From Bacteroidota bacterium (GTDB lineage: Bacteria; Bacteroidota; Bacteroidia; UKL13-3), in NCBI GenBank assembly GCA_947477885.1, contig CANJUD010000004.1:164997-228996 (forward strand): 64,000 nucleotides of DNA, read 5' to 3'. The position numbers were made by a program, and so were the translations under genes. The notes beneath the pieces are model-generated. The model was not told where the DNA came from. It did no database searches and saw only the letters and a list, made by a program, of their open reading frames with translations. Below, piece after piece: positions 49,478 through 60,280 of this stretch; the first letter of the stretch is position 1, and every line of letters starts with the position of its first letter.

Positions 49478-50644
49478 TTAAAACGCAAACTGAAATCCAG
49501 CCCTCAACTGGTCTTCACGAAATTTGTTATCAATCATTGTATTGTCCTTATATAAACGATACCAATATTGAATTCTGAATGCGGTGTTTTCATTATTGAA
49601 ATAATAATTATAGGCAAAAGAAATATTGGCCATGCGATAATTATTGGCACGTAAATCATTAGGCATAAATTCATCATAACGAACCAAGAAAGCTGATTTC
49701 AATTTTTTAGAATAATAACATGCTTGAGCTATTATACCACCGGCCCTAAAAAACGTGGTATTACGACCATACAACAATAGCGTATCTACCGGAGTAATAT
49801 GCATTTGGTGCATTTCAAATAAAATTGAAAAACCATTATACTGTGCTGCAACATCAAATCCATAAAGTTTTCGAGTTCCAGCTAAATTTTTCATCCCATA
49901 GTCACCACCGTCAATAATTGTTTCCGTTCTTTTAATATAGCGGCCATTGATACCTATTGCTCCCATTATTTTTTTTACATGTTTAAAATCTACTACATCT
50001 CGATAATGATATTTACCAGGGAAACTATACTCAACCCTTGCCACATATTCAGGCTTACCTCCTCTATCAGCATCGCCGCCAGTTAAAGCGGTAAGTATAT
50101 ATTCTCCTTGCCCACTGTATACACCAGCCATTATATTAATTCGGTCATTCATTATTTTCTTTTTCAAGGTGATGCCAATATCACGTCTGCTAAATAAATA
50201 ACCTCTTGCCATCTCGGGTCTTTGCCAAAAAGGAAGAGACTTGATAGGCATGAGCGAACTGCGAGAATATGGCATTTTTGTGTAACCTGCTGTAATATCA
50301 ACTGGCCATTTTTTATAGGTAAAATACGCATCCATTAAAGGTGCAGCCTCACCTGCGATATCTTGGGTTCCCAATCGACTTAAATCCATTTGCAATTTAT
50401 ATTCATAATCGCTTCCCTTTTGCCCAGCTAACGAAAAACGTGCATTGCCAAGTGCAAATTTATTTTTACTAAAATTGGTACTTGCAGGATCTAATTTCCA
50501 ACGATAATTATAGGTGGTGGAAATAAGTCCACTAATTTCAAGATTTTGGTCATCGAGTTTAATTGGTACTTGGGCATAAGAACTTTGGCAAGTTGCTATA
50601 ACTAGCAAGGCAAGTACAATTAGTTTTATTTTTTTTGTGTACAT
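49478..50644 (-). CDS. outer-membrane porin (beta-barrel)
   Basis: It has a signal peptide and an alternating beta-strand pattern, and it ends ...GFQFAF. It resembles phosphate-selective porins in size and composition, but the family is not confirmed. Confidence 0.65.
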   Translation of the reverse strand: MYTKKIKLIVLALLVIATCQSSYAQVPIKLDDQNLEISGLISTTYNYRWKLDPASTNFSKNKFALGNARFSLAGQKGSDYEYKLQMDLSRLGTQDIAGEAAPLMDAYFTYKKWPVDITAGYTKMPYSRSSLMPIKSLPFWQRPEMARGYLFSRRDIGITLKKKIMNDRINIMAGVYSGQGEYILTALTGGDADRGGKPEYVARVEYSFPGKYHYRDVVDFKHVKKIMGAIGINGRYIKRTETIIDGGDYGMKNLAGTRKLYGFDVAAQYNGFSILFEMHQMHITPVDTLLLYGRNTTFFRAGGIIAQACYYSKKLKSAFLVRYDEFMPNDLRANNYRMANISFAYNYYFNNENTAFRIQYWYRLYKDNTMIDNKFREDQLRAGFQFAF

Positions 50645-50646
50645 AT

Positions 50647-51360
50647 TTATGGAGTATATTGGTATTTGTATATTGTATTTATATCATCACTCACTATATA
50701 TATAATACCTTTAGCATCGCATGCAATTCCTTCTGCGTTGAGTATATTAAGTGGCAGTGTTTTTTCTAATTTATAGGTATCTTTATTCAGTATATATATA
50801 CAACTGCTTTCATCACTTAACAACCATACTTGGTTATTATAATACATCCCACTTGATATATCACCTTCCAATGGTAATTCAAAGCTATTGGTTGTGTTCA
50901 TTGCGGAATCGAGCTCACGCAAGATTGGTTTTTTCTCGGTGATACATACAAAAAATTTTTTTGTGGGATGGTAAAATAAAGCTTCCACTCCCCTATTCAA
51001 AGCGGTGTTGATAGATAGTTGGAAATGATTTTTCTCAATAAAATTGGTGTCAAACAAGTGCATTATATTTCCTCTTTCATCTACGGTGTATATCATATCA
51101 TTATGATAGGATATTGTTTCTAAATCGTAGGGAAATTTGGCTGACCTTTTTAATATATTACCCAAAGCATCAATCTTTACCATAAAGCCATCATCACTTG
51201 CCACCCATATATTTCCTTGTGGGTCGAAACTTAGGTCAGAAGGTTCACGAAATTTTAGTTTTTGTTTGCCTATATATTTAAGCCCATGAGCAGTATTATA
51301 AAACTTAAAACAAAATGAACTACTTAGTATGAATAAAAATAGAATGGGGAGTATCTTCAT
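50647..51360 (-). CDS. SdiA-regulated / phytase-like beta-propeller protein
   Basis: FREPSDLSFDPQGNIWVASDDGFMVKIDALGNI...NAEGIACDAKGIIYIVSDD resembles the YjiK/SdiA-regulated family. The track start is TTG at 51366, and the ATG at 51360 gives the signal peptide MKILPILFLFILSSS. Confidence 0.5.
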   Translation of the reverse strand: MKILPILFLFILSSSFCFKFYNTAHGLKYIGKQKLKFREPSDLSFDPQGNIWVASDDGFMVKIDALGNILKRSAKFPYDLETISYHNDMIYTVDERGNIMHLFDTNFIEKNHFQLSINTALNRGVEALFYHPTKKFFVCITEKKPILRELDSAMNTTNSFELPLEGDISSGMYYNNQVWLLSDESSCIYILNKDTYKLEKTLPLNILNAEGIACDAKGIIYIVSDDINTIYKYQYTP

Positions 51361-51375
51361 CTGCAAAAAACTTGC

Positions 51376-51966
51376 TTAGTACTCATTAGGTTTATCAGGA
51401 GTACGCATAAGCAATTGCTTGAAACCATTGGTACCATCAGGAAAACGGCCAATCGAAATGCCTTTTACTGCTAAGCTATAGTCACTATATTTTGTGCTGT
51501 CAACAAAAAATAAATGTCCACCACTATTACGGTAGCTAAGTCCTATATCTCCACCTGCACTGCTTAAACTGAAACTTGTATGTATATGCTTATTATTGGG
51601 AATTGTATCATTGTTGTCACACCACACCACCAAAAAACCACGAGCTGGAATGATGGGTTGCTGTCCCATTAATTTTACCTGAAATTTATCAGGCCAACCT
51701 AATGAATCTGTAATAAAAAAATTGGTGTCTATAACTCTGTCCTTATCGCTCAAATTATATATTTCGAACCATTTACCCAAGTTGTTAAATTCATTGGTGT
51801 CAACTTTGCCTTTTGGTGTAAACTCATTAATAACGAGTATACCCGGTTTAATAGTGTCAGCATTTAAATGGGCTGCTTGGTCATTATATTTATAGGGTAT
51901 ATCACGGTGCTTTACGCAAGAAAATAATACAGAGAAACAAGCTATTATTACAATTATGTATTTCAT
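51376..51966 (-). CDS. lamin-tail-domain (LTD) lipoprotein
   Basis: It has a lipobox (FSC). The LTD signature reads ILVINEFTPKG...WFEIYNLSDKDRVIDTNFFITD...ARGFLVVWCDNN. Confidence 0.65.
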   Translation of the reverse strand: MKYIIVIIACFSVLFSCVKHRDIPYKYNDQAAHLNADTIKPGILVINEFTPKGKVDTNEFNNLGKWFEIYNLSDKDRVIDTNFFITDSLGWPDKFQVKLMGQQPIIPARGFLVVWCDNNDTIPNNKHIHTSFSLSSAGGDIGLSYRNSGGHLFFVDSTKYSDYSLAVKGISIGRFPDGTNGFKQLLMRTPDKPNEY

Positions 51967-52216
51967 CTTATATGATAGATTTTTTTATGTAACAAGATTC
52001 AATATCAAAGATTAAACAAAAGCTAATTCGATGTTAAGCTATTATAAATTTTAGATGGCCGAAATTGTTGTGATATTTTAATAAAATAGCATAAGACACA
52101 ATGCCACACAATAGAAATTATACATAATATCCATTTAGTTAAAAGGTAGCAAAACCTTAACTTAGTCTTAATAAAGTATCGGGTATTTCGTGGGCAGAAA
52201 CTAAACAAAATAAAAA

Positions 52217-55200
52217 ATGATTAACTATCTAAAAATCAATTTAAAAAGTATTGGGCTTGCTATTGCAGCTTTAATGCTCGTAAACTTTGGAGCGTCCGCG
52301 CAGGGCTTTCTCCGAAACTCAACCTCATCTTCCCAAACCTCGGGTATTACAATTACAGAGGTAGCTGGATTTGGAAATCCAACCTTCGACTGGGACTGCA
52401 ATGGTTCCGTAAACTCAACCAACGATGAGTTTGTTGAAATTACCAATACCAGCCCCGACTCCATCGATATTAGTGGTTGGAAAATGGGTGACAATACCAA
52501 CATCTATATTTTTCCCAATGGCACTATATTAGGCCCAGGAAAAAGGGCAGTGATATTCCAAAATGGCTCTGGTACCACTGGAAGCAATTTCACAGCCGGT
52601 CCATCAACTTTTAATCCTGGCGATAGCAATTATTGCTTCCAATGGAATACCGGTATATCAAACACATCGGATGCAGTGGGTATTCGTAACAAAAATAATT
52701 TATATGTGAGTGTTCGATTTGCAAGTGCAACGCTTAGTAGTACCTTTACAAGCGGCGGAACTTTAGTAGGAAACTCGACCAACAACTCTAGTACCTCTGG
52801 GGCATCATGGCATAGGGTTAATTATACCAGCGATTTATGGGTAACAAGTACTGTAATTAGTAAAACTTTTAACTGGAGTACTGGTAGTGTAGTTTTTAAC
52901 AGTCCGAATGGAACACCTGGCAGAGATACCACAGGCAAACAAATGACACCCCCTACTCGCACTGGCACACAATCCATTACTTTTGGCTCGCCTACTTCTA
53001 CTGGCATACCCATCACTACCTTAAATGATACTTGCTGGAACTGTCGCCGTATTATAGTTATTAATGCTGGGACAAGTGTTACTTTTACGCCAACTGACAC
53101 AGTAAGTTATACCGGTGTAAATGCAAATTTCGGCTCAGCATCCGACCAAGGCAGTGGCAATAAAATTGTATATGACGGCTTTGCAACAAGCAATCCTGTT
53201 ACAGTTACTGGACTTTCATCAAGCACCAAATATGCATTTAAAGTATATGCATACAACGGCAAATCTCCAGCATCGGATATATCATATAGAACTTCAGGTG
53301 CAGCAACTGATACACTTTCAACTATCGCCTCTACAAACCCAGCAGTTAATGTATCTGTAAGCAGCAGCACAGGGTCAGAAGCTGCAGGATCTGTTATTAC
53401 TGTTACTGCTACCGCTTCATTTGCAGTAACTGGAAACCAAACAGTAAGTATTGGTGTGAGTGGAACTGGAATTACTGCAAGCGATTATTCTTTGAGTAAT
53501 TCAACTATTACAATCTTAAATGGCAATACAACTGGCACAGTAAATTTTACTGTAGCTAACGATACGTTGGGAGAAGGAAATGAAGTAGCTAAACTTACCA
53601 TTAGCGGCCCTTCATCAGGAATTGACTTGGGAGCCACTGCTTTTCAAAATGTAACTATCAGTGATGATGAGCCTACTGTGTCTGTTAGTGCATCTTCAAG
53701 CTCAGCAACCGAAGGCGACAGTATCACTTTAACTGCTACGCTAAGCAGCAGCGTTTCAACTCCACAAACGTTAAATGTAGCCATAACGGGTACAAATGTT
53801 TCTGTTAGTGATTATAGTTTGGGTGCAACTACTATTATAATACCTGCAAATACTACAAGTGGAACCACTAAATTATATATTACAGATGACAACATTCGTG
53901 AAGCTACTGAAACTTTTACTGCTACCATAAGCAGTCCCAGTGTTCGCACTTCAATAGGCAGCCCTAGCACTTCGAATATTTCTGTAACTGATAATGATGA
54001 CCAGTTATCATTAAATGGTATCAATAACTATTCATCTGTTGAAGACTTCAATACCTTATTAACCAACTCAGGAAATCAATGTCCGCGTGGATGGTATTTT
54101 GCTGAAGCTGGAGCCAATGGAAATACTTTGTACGATACCACTTCAGGTGCTACTTCAACAGGAAATACCTATTCCTGCGGTGCATTCAATAGCAGCGACC
54201 GTTCTCTTGGAAGCCTAACTACTGGTCCACTTACACCTGTATATATTGGTGTAAATATCAAAAACAATACAGGTGGACTTATCACACATTTAAATGTTTC
54301 TTATGTAGGTGAGCAATGGCGTTCAGGTAGCAATGGTACTGATAAATTTATTTGCCAGTATAGTTTAAATGCAAGCAGTGTGAGCGATTCTAGTGGTACT
54401 TGGAACGCAGCGAATACACTTGACTTTACTGCTCCTGTAGTTTCAGGTAGTGGCCTATTAAACGGCAATGCTTTTGGCAACCGCACTACATTTTCCGATA
54501 TATCATTTCAGCTAGGAACGGGGCTAAGCAGTGGCTCATCTGTTTGGCTCAGGTTTGTGGATGTGGATATTGCAGGCAGCGACCATACAATTGCAATTGA
54601 TAGCTTTAGTGTGAAAGCATTAAACCTAACTCCTGTAAAATATTATTTAGGCTCGAGCGGAAATTGTGACAATACAAGTTCTTGGTGGAGTAATAATAAT
54701 AGTACTGGAACTCACCCAAATAATTTCACTGATTCATTACAACACTTTATTATAATGAACCAGAGTAATGCAACCATATCAAGTGCATGGACAGTAAGTG
54801 GTTTCCAAGCTAAAGTAATATTGGGTGACAGTAGTAATAATATAGCTTTTACCATTCCATCATCAAATGCTTTTACTGGAAACATTGACGTTAAATATAA
54901 AGGCAACCTTATTATGCAGAATAATACAGTACCAACTATTGGAACTATTGAAACAGGTTCAACAATAGAATATGGACAAAGTTCAGGTATTACTATTCCA
55001 AATTCATCTAACTATTATAATCTTACTTTCTCTGGTTCAGGTGTAAAAACTATTAGCAGTGGTACTACTACTGTAAACGGAAACTTCTTAGCCAACAATA
55101 CTGCTTTGGCTTTTCCAGCATCAGCAACTACCTTAAATTTAGGTGGGAATTATACATTATCTGGTAATGTTTCGCAAGCTGATACTACTCGTGCTTGGGG

Positions 55201-58200
55201 GATTTTTACAACAACCAATACAAATCAAACTATTAGCGGAAACGGGAATAGTGCTTATATATTTAGAGTTACATCTACCAAAACAAATAGCAACCTAACT
55301 TTAAGTAATGTGAGATTGGTTGTATTGGAAGATACGAGACTTTTATTCAGTGGAACTGCTAAATTTATTGATGGCGGAAATACTATCGTAGTTGGCGACG
55401 ATGCTGTGATGGGCGGAGTAGATAGTGCGTATGTATTAACCGGAACTATTGAGGTTAAAAACACTTCTGCAAGTTCATCTAACTTTCAGGCTGATGCTAC
55501 TTTTGGTGGTGTAATAGTAGCACGATTAAATAATTTGATTTTGAACACAGGCAATACCAATAACCCATCGGTATTGTTTGACGGTTCAAGTAACGATGTT
55601 TATATTAATGGTGACCTTACTATATTATCTACCAATTCTGGCAACATAAGCTTAAGCAGCAATACCTACCATATTAAAGGAAATTACAACAACTATCGTA
55701 ATTCTAATATTATATCATCAGCTACAAGTACTATTATATTTGATGGAACCTCATCGCAAAGTATGGGCACCGCATATACCAATGGCGAAACCTTGAATAT
55801 TGTTACACTTAGTAACTCAAATGGATTAAGTTTAACAGGCAAAATATCCGTAAAAGGTGTACTGAGTTTGAGTAATAATATATTAACCGCAAGTGGAAGT
55901 TCGAGTAGAGTAATATTAACTTCTACTGGTTCATTAACAAGAGGTACCGGGTATATTAATGGTATCTTGCAAAAGAATGTGGCTACTGGTAGTAATGTAA
56001 CCAGCACTTTTGAAATTGGAAATGCTTCACAATATCTTCCCGTATCAATCACCTTTGCAAGTGTTACAACATCGGGCAATTTAGCTTTAAGTTCAATTGC
56101 AGCAAATCAAGCAAATATAGCCAGTGTATGCATTGATGCTGCCAAAACAATCAAACGCAATTGGACTTTTGAAAACAATGGTATTATATATACAAACTAT
56201 AATACGACGGTTACTTTTGCTGGTGCTGATACTACTGCAGGTGGTGCACATACAAACGCACTTGCAGCTGCGGTTTATAAGACATCTTGGTTTGCTGCCA
56301 ATATTGCTAGTCATACCGATTCTACAGTTACTTTAAGCAATATAGATAGTTTGGGCGATTTGCAATTGGGCGAACAGCGTGTGCTTACTTCTAATTTTGT
56401 TACTTCGGCAAGTAGTGCTTGTCAGAATTTAAATATAACAGTTACTTATACGGGTAATGGTTCCAATACTGCTAATTATACGTGGGATTTTAATGGAGCA
56501 ACCATTGTTAGCGGTTCAGGCAAAGGTCCTTATACAATTAAATGGTCAACTACTGGAACTAAAAATTTAAGTTTATCAGTAAGTGAAAATGGATGTACAA
56601 GCAATACCACCAATTTAAATATTTCAGTTTCTCAAAATGGCTGGACAGGTAGTATTGACAATGATTGGAATAAACCTGGAAACTGGTGTACCAATATTGT
56701 TCCTAACATTGGAACCAATGTATTAATACCATCAGGAGTTACAAATATGCCTATAGTAAGCAGTGCTGCAAATTGTAAAACCTTAACTATTGCAAACAAT
56801 GCAACTCTGATAATTATTACTGGTGGCAAACTTACCATTGATAGTATATATACCCGCAACGGACAGCTTGAACACATTGGAGGTTATCTAGTTTTAAATT
56901 TCCCTCAATTACTTGCTGCTGACACACACCATGTTCTTACTTTAAATGGTATAGGTGCATATACACTTAGTGGTAATATACAAATCAATAATTTAATTAC
57001 TATTGGAACAGGGACAACTTTGAACGATGGCGGTAACATTATTAAAATCACCAAAGATATTATAAATAACGGAACACATACAGGTACCGGTAAAATGGTA
57101 TTTAGCAGTGCAGCATCACAAACTATTAGTGGAACTGGAAATACCTACAAAAATATTGAACTAATATCGTCAAGTACTTTGCGTACAGCAAATAATATGA
57201 CAGTATTGGGCAGTATTGGTCTCAATCCTGGGTCATTATCTTATCAAGGTTTTAATTTTACAATTGGCAGTACTAGTAGCTCAGATAGTAATAAAGTGTA
57301 TGGCAATGGTTTGTTAGTAAATACCAGCAATACAGGCACTTTGACTATTTTAGGAGATACTGGTGCGGCTAGATTAATTGGTTTAAGAGTTCATTCAAAA
57401 GCAACAGTTATAGTTAACCGCTCAAAAGGTGTAAAATTAGGTGGCGACATGGTATTGGGCGGACTACTAAACTTAACTTTAGGCACATTAGATATGAATG
57501 GCAATAGTTTATCTATTGGAACTGTAAGTACCTCGACCGGCGGTGTAACTACAAGTGCGGGTTCTATTACGAATTCAGGATCAACAGGTTCATTTACTAT
57601 ATGTGGAAACTTTGCAGCAAGTGCAGTCACCAATTTAAAATTGGGTAGTCAGTACAAAGCTACTGTTTCATTGCCAAGTGGTGTTACCTTAGGACAAGGC
57701 TGCAATGTTTCAAGTTTGTTTGCTATATCAAATGGCTTTGTAAACTTAAATGGATACACTGTTGCGCTCGGTGGCAATGCAACCATAAGTGAAGGTGCAG
57801 GACAAACATTTAGAGGTAATAGTGGTTCAGTGCAAATTTCTAAAACTTATTCAGCCCCACTATCTAATACCAACCCTGGTGGATTAGGTTTAACCTTGTC
57901 GACTAATAACAATCCCGGCACAGTTACTATAATTCGTTCACATGAAGTATTCACAAATGGTTCGGGCAATAGTATAAAACGCAATTTCCAAGTAACAGCT
58001 AGTAATACTAGTGGTCTTAGAGCTACTAATCTATTAGTTAATTATGATAGTACGGAGTTAAATGGATCTAACAGAAATTTCTTACGTTTAAATAGCTCTA
58101 CCAATAGTGGAAGCACTTGGACAACCATCGCTCCAGTAATACGCACTTATGCAAACACTGCATCTGGGTACGCTGGAAGCAATAGTTCTACCATGAGTTT

Positions 58201-58510
58201 GTCATCTGCTATCATATATACTTTAAGCGATTCGCTTAATTCACCTTTACGTGTTCTTCAAAATATTGACCCTGTAAACCAATCGGTTAGCAACAATAAA
58301 GTATGGCCAGTTCCATTTAACGACAATTTGAATATACAAGTTGATGAATTGTCTAATATTTCTATATATGATATGGAAGGAAAACTAGTTGCGAATGCAA
58401 AAGCCAATGGCCTTACAACTATCAATACTAACATGTTACCTTTTGGAGTATACACATTAAGAATCGACTCGAATGGAGGAAGCTCGGTTCACAAAATTGT
58501 AAAACAATAA
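52217..58510 (+). CDS. giant (2097 aa) T9SS type-A cargo: N-terminal LTD, Calx-beta/Ig-like repeats, C-terminal Por_Secre_tail
   Basis: It has a signal peptide. The LTD reads ITITEVAGFGNPTFDWDCNGS...EFVEITNTSPDSIDISGWKMGD. Calx-beta-like blocks carry SDYSLS...VANDTLGEGNE. The C-terminus reads ISIYDMEGKLVANAKANGLTTINTNMLPFGVYTLRID. Confidence 0.88.
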   Translation: MINYLKINLKSIGLAIAALMLVNFGASAQGFLRNSTSSSQTSGITITEVAGFGNPTFDWDCNGSVNSTNDEFVEITNTSPDSIDISGWKMGDNTNIYIFPNGTILGPGKRAVIFQNGSGTTGSNFTAGPSTFNPGDSNYCFQWNTGISNTSDAVGIRNKNNLYVSVRFASATLSSTFTSGGTLVGNSTNNSSTSGASWHRVNYTSDLWVTSTVISKTFNWSTGSVVFNSPNGTPGRDTTGKQMTPPTRTGTQSITFGSPTSTGIPITTLNDTCWNCRRIIVINAGTSVTFTPTDTVSYTGVNANFGSASDQGSGNKIVYDGFATSNPVTVTGLSSSTKYAFKVYAYNGKSPASDISYRTSGAATDTLSTIASTNPAVNVSVSSSTGSEAAGSVITVTATASFAVTGNQTVSIGVSGTGITASDYSLSNSTITILNGNTTGTVNFTVANDTLGEGNEVAKLTISGPSSGIDLGATAFQNVTISDDEPTVSVSASSSSATEGDSITLTATLSSSVSTPQTLNVAITGTNVSVSDYSLGATTIIIPANTTSGTTKLYITDDNIREATETFTATISSPSVRTSIGSPSTSNISVTDNDDQLSLNGINNYSSVEDFNTLLTNSGNQCPRGWYFAEAGANGNTLYDTTSGATSTGNTYSCGAFNSSDRSLGSLTTGPLTPVYIGVNIKNNTGGLITHLNVSYVGEQWRSGSNGTDKFICQYSLNASSVSDSSGTWNAANTLDFTAPVVSGSGLLNGNAFGNRTTFSDISFQLGTGLSSGSSVWLRFVDVDIAGSDHTIAIDSFSVKALNLTPVKYYLGSSGNCDNTSSWWSNNNSTGTHPNNFTDSLQHFIIMNQSNATISSAWTVSGFQAKVILGDSSNNIAFTIPSSNAFTGNIDVKYKGNLIMQNNTVPTIGTIETGSTIEYGQSSGITIPNSSNYYNLTFSGSGVKTISSGTTTVNGNFLANNTALAFPASATTLNLGGNYTLSGNVSQADTTRAWGIFTTTNTNQTISGNGNSAYIFRVTSTKTNSNLTLSNVRLVVLEDTRLLFSGTAKFIDGGNTIVVGDDAVMGGVDSAYVLTGTIEVKNTSASSSNFQADATFGGVIVARLNNLILNTGNTNNPSVLFDGSSNDVYINGDLTILSTNSGNISLSSNTYHIKGNYNNYRNSNIISSATSTIIFDGTSSQSMGTAYTNGETLNIVTLSNSNGLSLTGKISVKGVLSLSNNILTASGSSSRVILTSTGSLTRGTGYINGILQKNVATGSNVTSTFEIGNASQYLPVSITFASVTTSGNLALSSIAANQANIASVCIDAAKTIKRNWTFENNGIIYTNYNTTVTFAGADTTAGGAHTNALAAAVYKTSWFAANIASHTDSTVTLSNIDSLGDLQLGEQRVLTSNFVTSASSACQNLNITVTYTGNGSNTANYTWDFNGATIVSGSGKGPYTIKWSTTGTKNLSLSVSENGCTSNTTNLNISVSQNGWTGSIDNDWNKPGNWCTNIVPNIGTNVLIPSGVTNMPIVSSAANCKTLTIANNATLIIITGGKLTIDSIYTRNGQLEHIGGYLVLNFPQLLAADTHHVLTLNGIGAYTLSGNIQINNLITIGTGTTLNDGGNIIKITKDIINNGTHTGTGKMVFSSAASQTISGTGNTYKNIELISSSTLRTANNMTVLGSIGLNPGSLSYQGFNFTIGSTSSSDSNKVYGNGLLVNTSNTGTLTILGDTGAARLIGLRVHSKATVIVNRSKGVKLGGDMVLGGLLNLTLGTLDMNGNSLSIGTVSTSTGGVTTSAGSITNSGSTGSFTICGNFAASAVTNLKLGSQYKATVSLPSGVTLGQGCNVSSLFAISNGFVNLNGYTVALGGNATISEGAGQTFRGNSGSVQISKTYSAPLSNTNPGGLGLTLSTNNNPGTVTIIRSHEVFTNGSGNSIKRNFQVTASNTSGLRATNLLVNYDSTELNGSNRNFLRLNSSTNSGSTWTTIAPVIRTYANTASGYAGSNSSTMSLSSAIIYTLSDSLNSPLRVLQNIDPVNQSVSNNKVWPVPFNDNLNIQVDELSNISIYDMEGKLVANAKANGLTTINTNMLPFGVYTLRIDSNGGSSVHKIVKQ

Positions 58511-58512
58511 CA

Positions 58513-58554
58513 ATAATTAGTATAAAGACAAAAGTATAAAGTATATAGTACAAA
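58513..58554. repeat. heptamer array (TAGTATA AAGACAA AAGTATA AAGTATA TAGTACA)
   Basis: It has 7-bp periodicity and follows directly after the giant gene stop. Confidence 0.6.
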
Positions 58555-58592
58555 AAGCCTCTTTGCCATTTTGGTGAAGGGGCTTTTTTGTT
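58555..58592 (+). terminator. rho-independent terminator
   Basis: The sequence is aaaaAGCCTCTTtgccattttggtgAAGGGGCTtttttg. Confidence 0.7.
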
Positions 58593-58637
58593 TTAGATAT
58601 ATAGAACAAAGATGAAAGACTAGAAGAAGTAAATATG

Positions 58638-58680
58638 GCGTCAGCCCATTAACAATTAACAATTAACAATTCAGCATGAA
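58638..58680. repeat. GCGTCAGCCC anchor + (ATTAACA)x3 heptamers
   Basis: The sequence is ggcgtcagcccattaacaattaacaattaacaattcag. Confidence 0.7.
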
Positions 58681-58777
58681 GCCCCCCGTTTCACCACCGA
58701 ATTTCACCTCTTGAACTAATTCACTTTGAGGCAATGTACATTTAACTGTAAGTTCGCAGTCGTAAATTAACAGTACA

Positions 58778-59836
58778 TTGCCCTACAAACGCACCAAGAG
58801 CAAGTTACACCAATGGGTGTTCAATCGACGCAATAAGATATCATTGCTACTAGCAGCTATTAGTGCTATTTTCAGGTATTATGTTTTCCCTAACCTCGAT
58901 TGGTCTTGGCATTGCGAAACCTTCATCATCATTTTCTTTGTATGGGCTATCTTATTGAATAGTGCTGCATGGGTCGAACGTTTTTTGAACTGCCATTATC
59001 CACACCAACGCAATGTGGCCAAGCGTATCGCCTTGCAGATACTGATGGGTATGTCGATTATGACTATTATACAGCTCATTTTTAATGCATTCTTTTTAAA
59101 TCACATTTTCGATTATGCCATGCAAAATCGCATGTATCCAGAATTGTTAAATCACCTTGAATATATATTTGTAACTGGAAACTTATTCTTATCGTTTGTT
59201 GTAAATTTATTATATGTAAGCGACCATTTTATCAAAGAATGGAAAACTACATTGATACATAATGAACGAATCAAAAAAGAATCGGCGATGTTGCAGTTTG
59301 AGAATCTGAAAAACCAACTAAATCCGCATTTTCTTTTTAATAGTCTTACTTCATTAAATAGTTTGATCTATGAAAACCAACAACTGGCTTCTGAGTTTTT
59401 GCAACAACTTTCGAAAGTATATAGATATTTATTGTTGCACAAAGATGATAACTTGGTAAAACTTGGAGAAGAATTACAATTTATCAATAGCTTTGTGATG
59501 CTACTCCACACCCGTTTCGACGGACAATTGCAGATAGAAATAAATGTGCCCGAAGAAGATAAACTTCTTACCATCGTACCAGTTACAACTCAAATTTTAA
59601 TTGAGAATGCTATTAAACATAATATAATATCCGCATCGAAACCATTACACATAAAAATATATACAAAAAACAAATACCTAGTAGTAGAAAATAATCTGCA
59701 ACGTAAATCCATCGTAGAAACATCTAACAAGCTCGGACTAGAAAACATGAAAAAGCTCTACCAAATTATTGCAAACAGAGACGTTGAAATTGTAGAAAAT
59801 GAGCATACTTTTGTCGTAATAGTTCCATTACAGTAA
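58778..59836 (+). CDS. LytS/YehU-family sensor histidine kinase
   Basis: The His_kinase (PF06580) motif is LKNQLNPHFLFNSLTSL, and about 4 N-terminal TM helices are present. The track start is TTG; GTG at 58817 is an alternative. Confidence 0.82.
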   Translation: MPYKRTKSKLHQWVFNRRNKISLLLAAISAIFRYYVFPNLDWSWHCETFIIIFFVWAILLNSAAWVERFLNCHYPHQRNVAKRIALQILMGMSIMTIIQLIFNAFFLNHIFDYAMQNRMYPELLNHLEYIFVTGNLFLSFVVNLLYVSDHFIKEWKTTLIHNERIKKESAMLQFENLKNQLNPHFLFNSLTSLNSLIYENQQLASEFLQQLSKVYRYLLLHKDDNLVKLGEELQFINSFVMLLHTRFDGQLQIEINVPEEDKLLTIVPVTTQILIENAIKHNIISASKPLHIKIYTKNKYLVVENNLQRKSIVETSNKLGLENMKKLYQIIANRDVEIVENEHTFVVIVPLQ

Positions 59837-60135
59837 ACAGTAGTCAGTAGTCAGTAGTCAGTAGTCAGTAGTCAGTAGTCAGTAGTCAGTAGTCAGTAGT
59901 CAGTAGTCAGTAGTCAGTAGTCAGTAGTCAGTAGTCAGTAATCAGTAGTCAGTAGTCAGTAGTCAGTAATCAGTAGTCAGTAGTCAGTAGTCAGTAGTCA
60001 GTAGTCAGTAGTCAGTAATCAGTAGTCAGTAGTCAGTAATCAGTGCCATACGGCAGATACTTCGCTACTACCAATTACTGCTCACTAAAAAATGTGCGTT
60101 AGCTACTGACAACTGTTTACTGACTACTGCTCACT
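59837..60135. repeat. (CAGTAGT)n array of about 30 units (59837-60044) followed by inverted-orientation ACTGAC-type units (60076-60135), forming a long imperfect palindrome
   Basis: It is read directly from the sequence. It begins at the first base after the HK stop codon. Confidence 0.9.
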
Positions 60136-60139
60136 AAAT

Positions 60140-60178
60140 ATGAAAATAATAAATGGCTTCATCAAATCACTAAAATAA
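60140..60178 (+). pseudogene. 13-codon relic (MKIINGFIKSLK*) of a four-helix-bundle gene
   Basis: It joins the start and end of gene 62082-62429 across an AAAATWATAAA direct repeat. It is followed by ctaacccctaaaaaatcaGGCGTCAGCCactgactactg. Confidence 0.7.
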
Positions 60179-60241
60179 CTAACCCCTAAAAAATCAGGCG
60201 TCAGCCACTGACTACTGATTACTGACCACTGTTTACTAAAT

Positions 60242-60280
60242 ATGAAAATAATAAATGGCTTCATCAAATCAATAAAATAA
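60242..60280 (+). pseudogene. second relic (MKIINGFIKSIK*)
   Basis: It has the same architecture as 60140-60178 and is followed by the same 60-bp tail. Confidence 0.7.

Noticed and set aside
59837-60044. Considered whether the (CAGTAGT)n and (AAACAGTAGTCAGT)n arrays are CRISPR arrays
   Set aside because: The period is 7 or 14 bp with no unique spacers, and there is no leader or cas gene. They are simple tandem repeats, not a CRISPR array.
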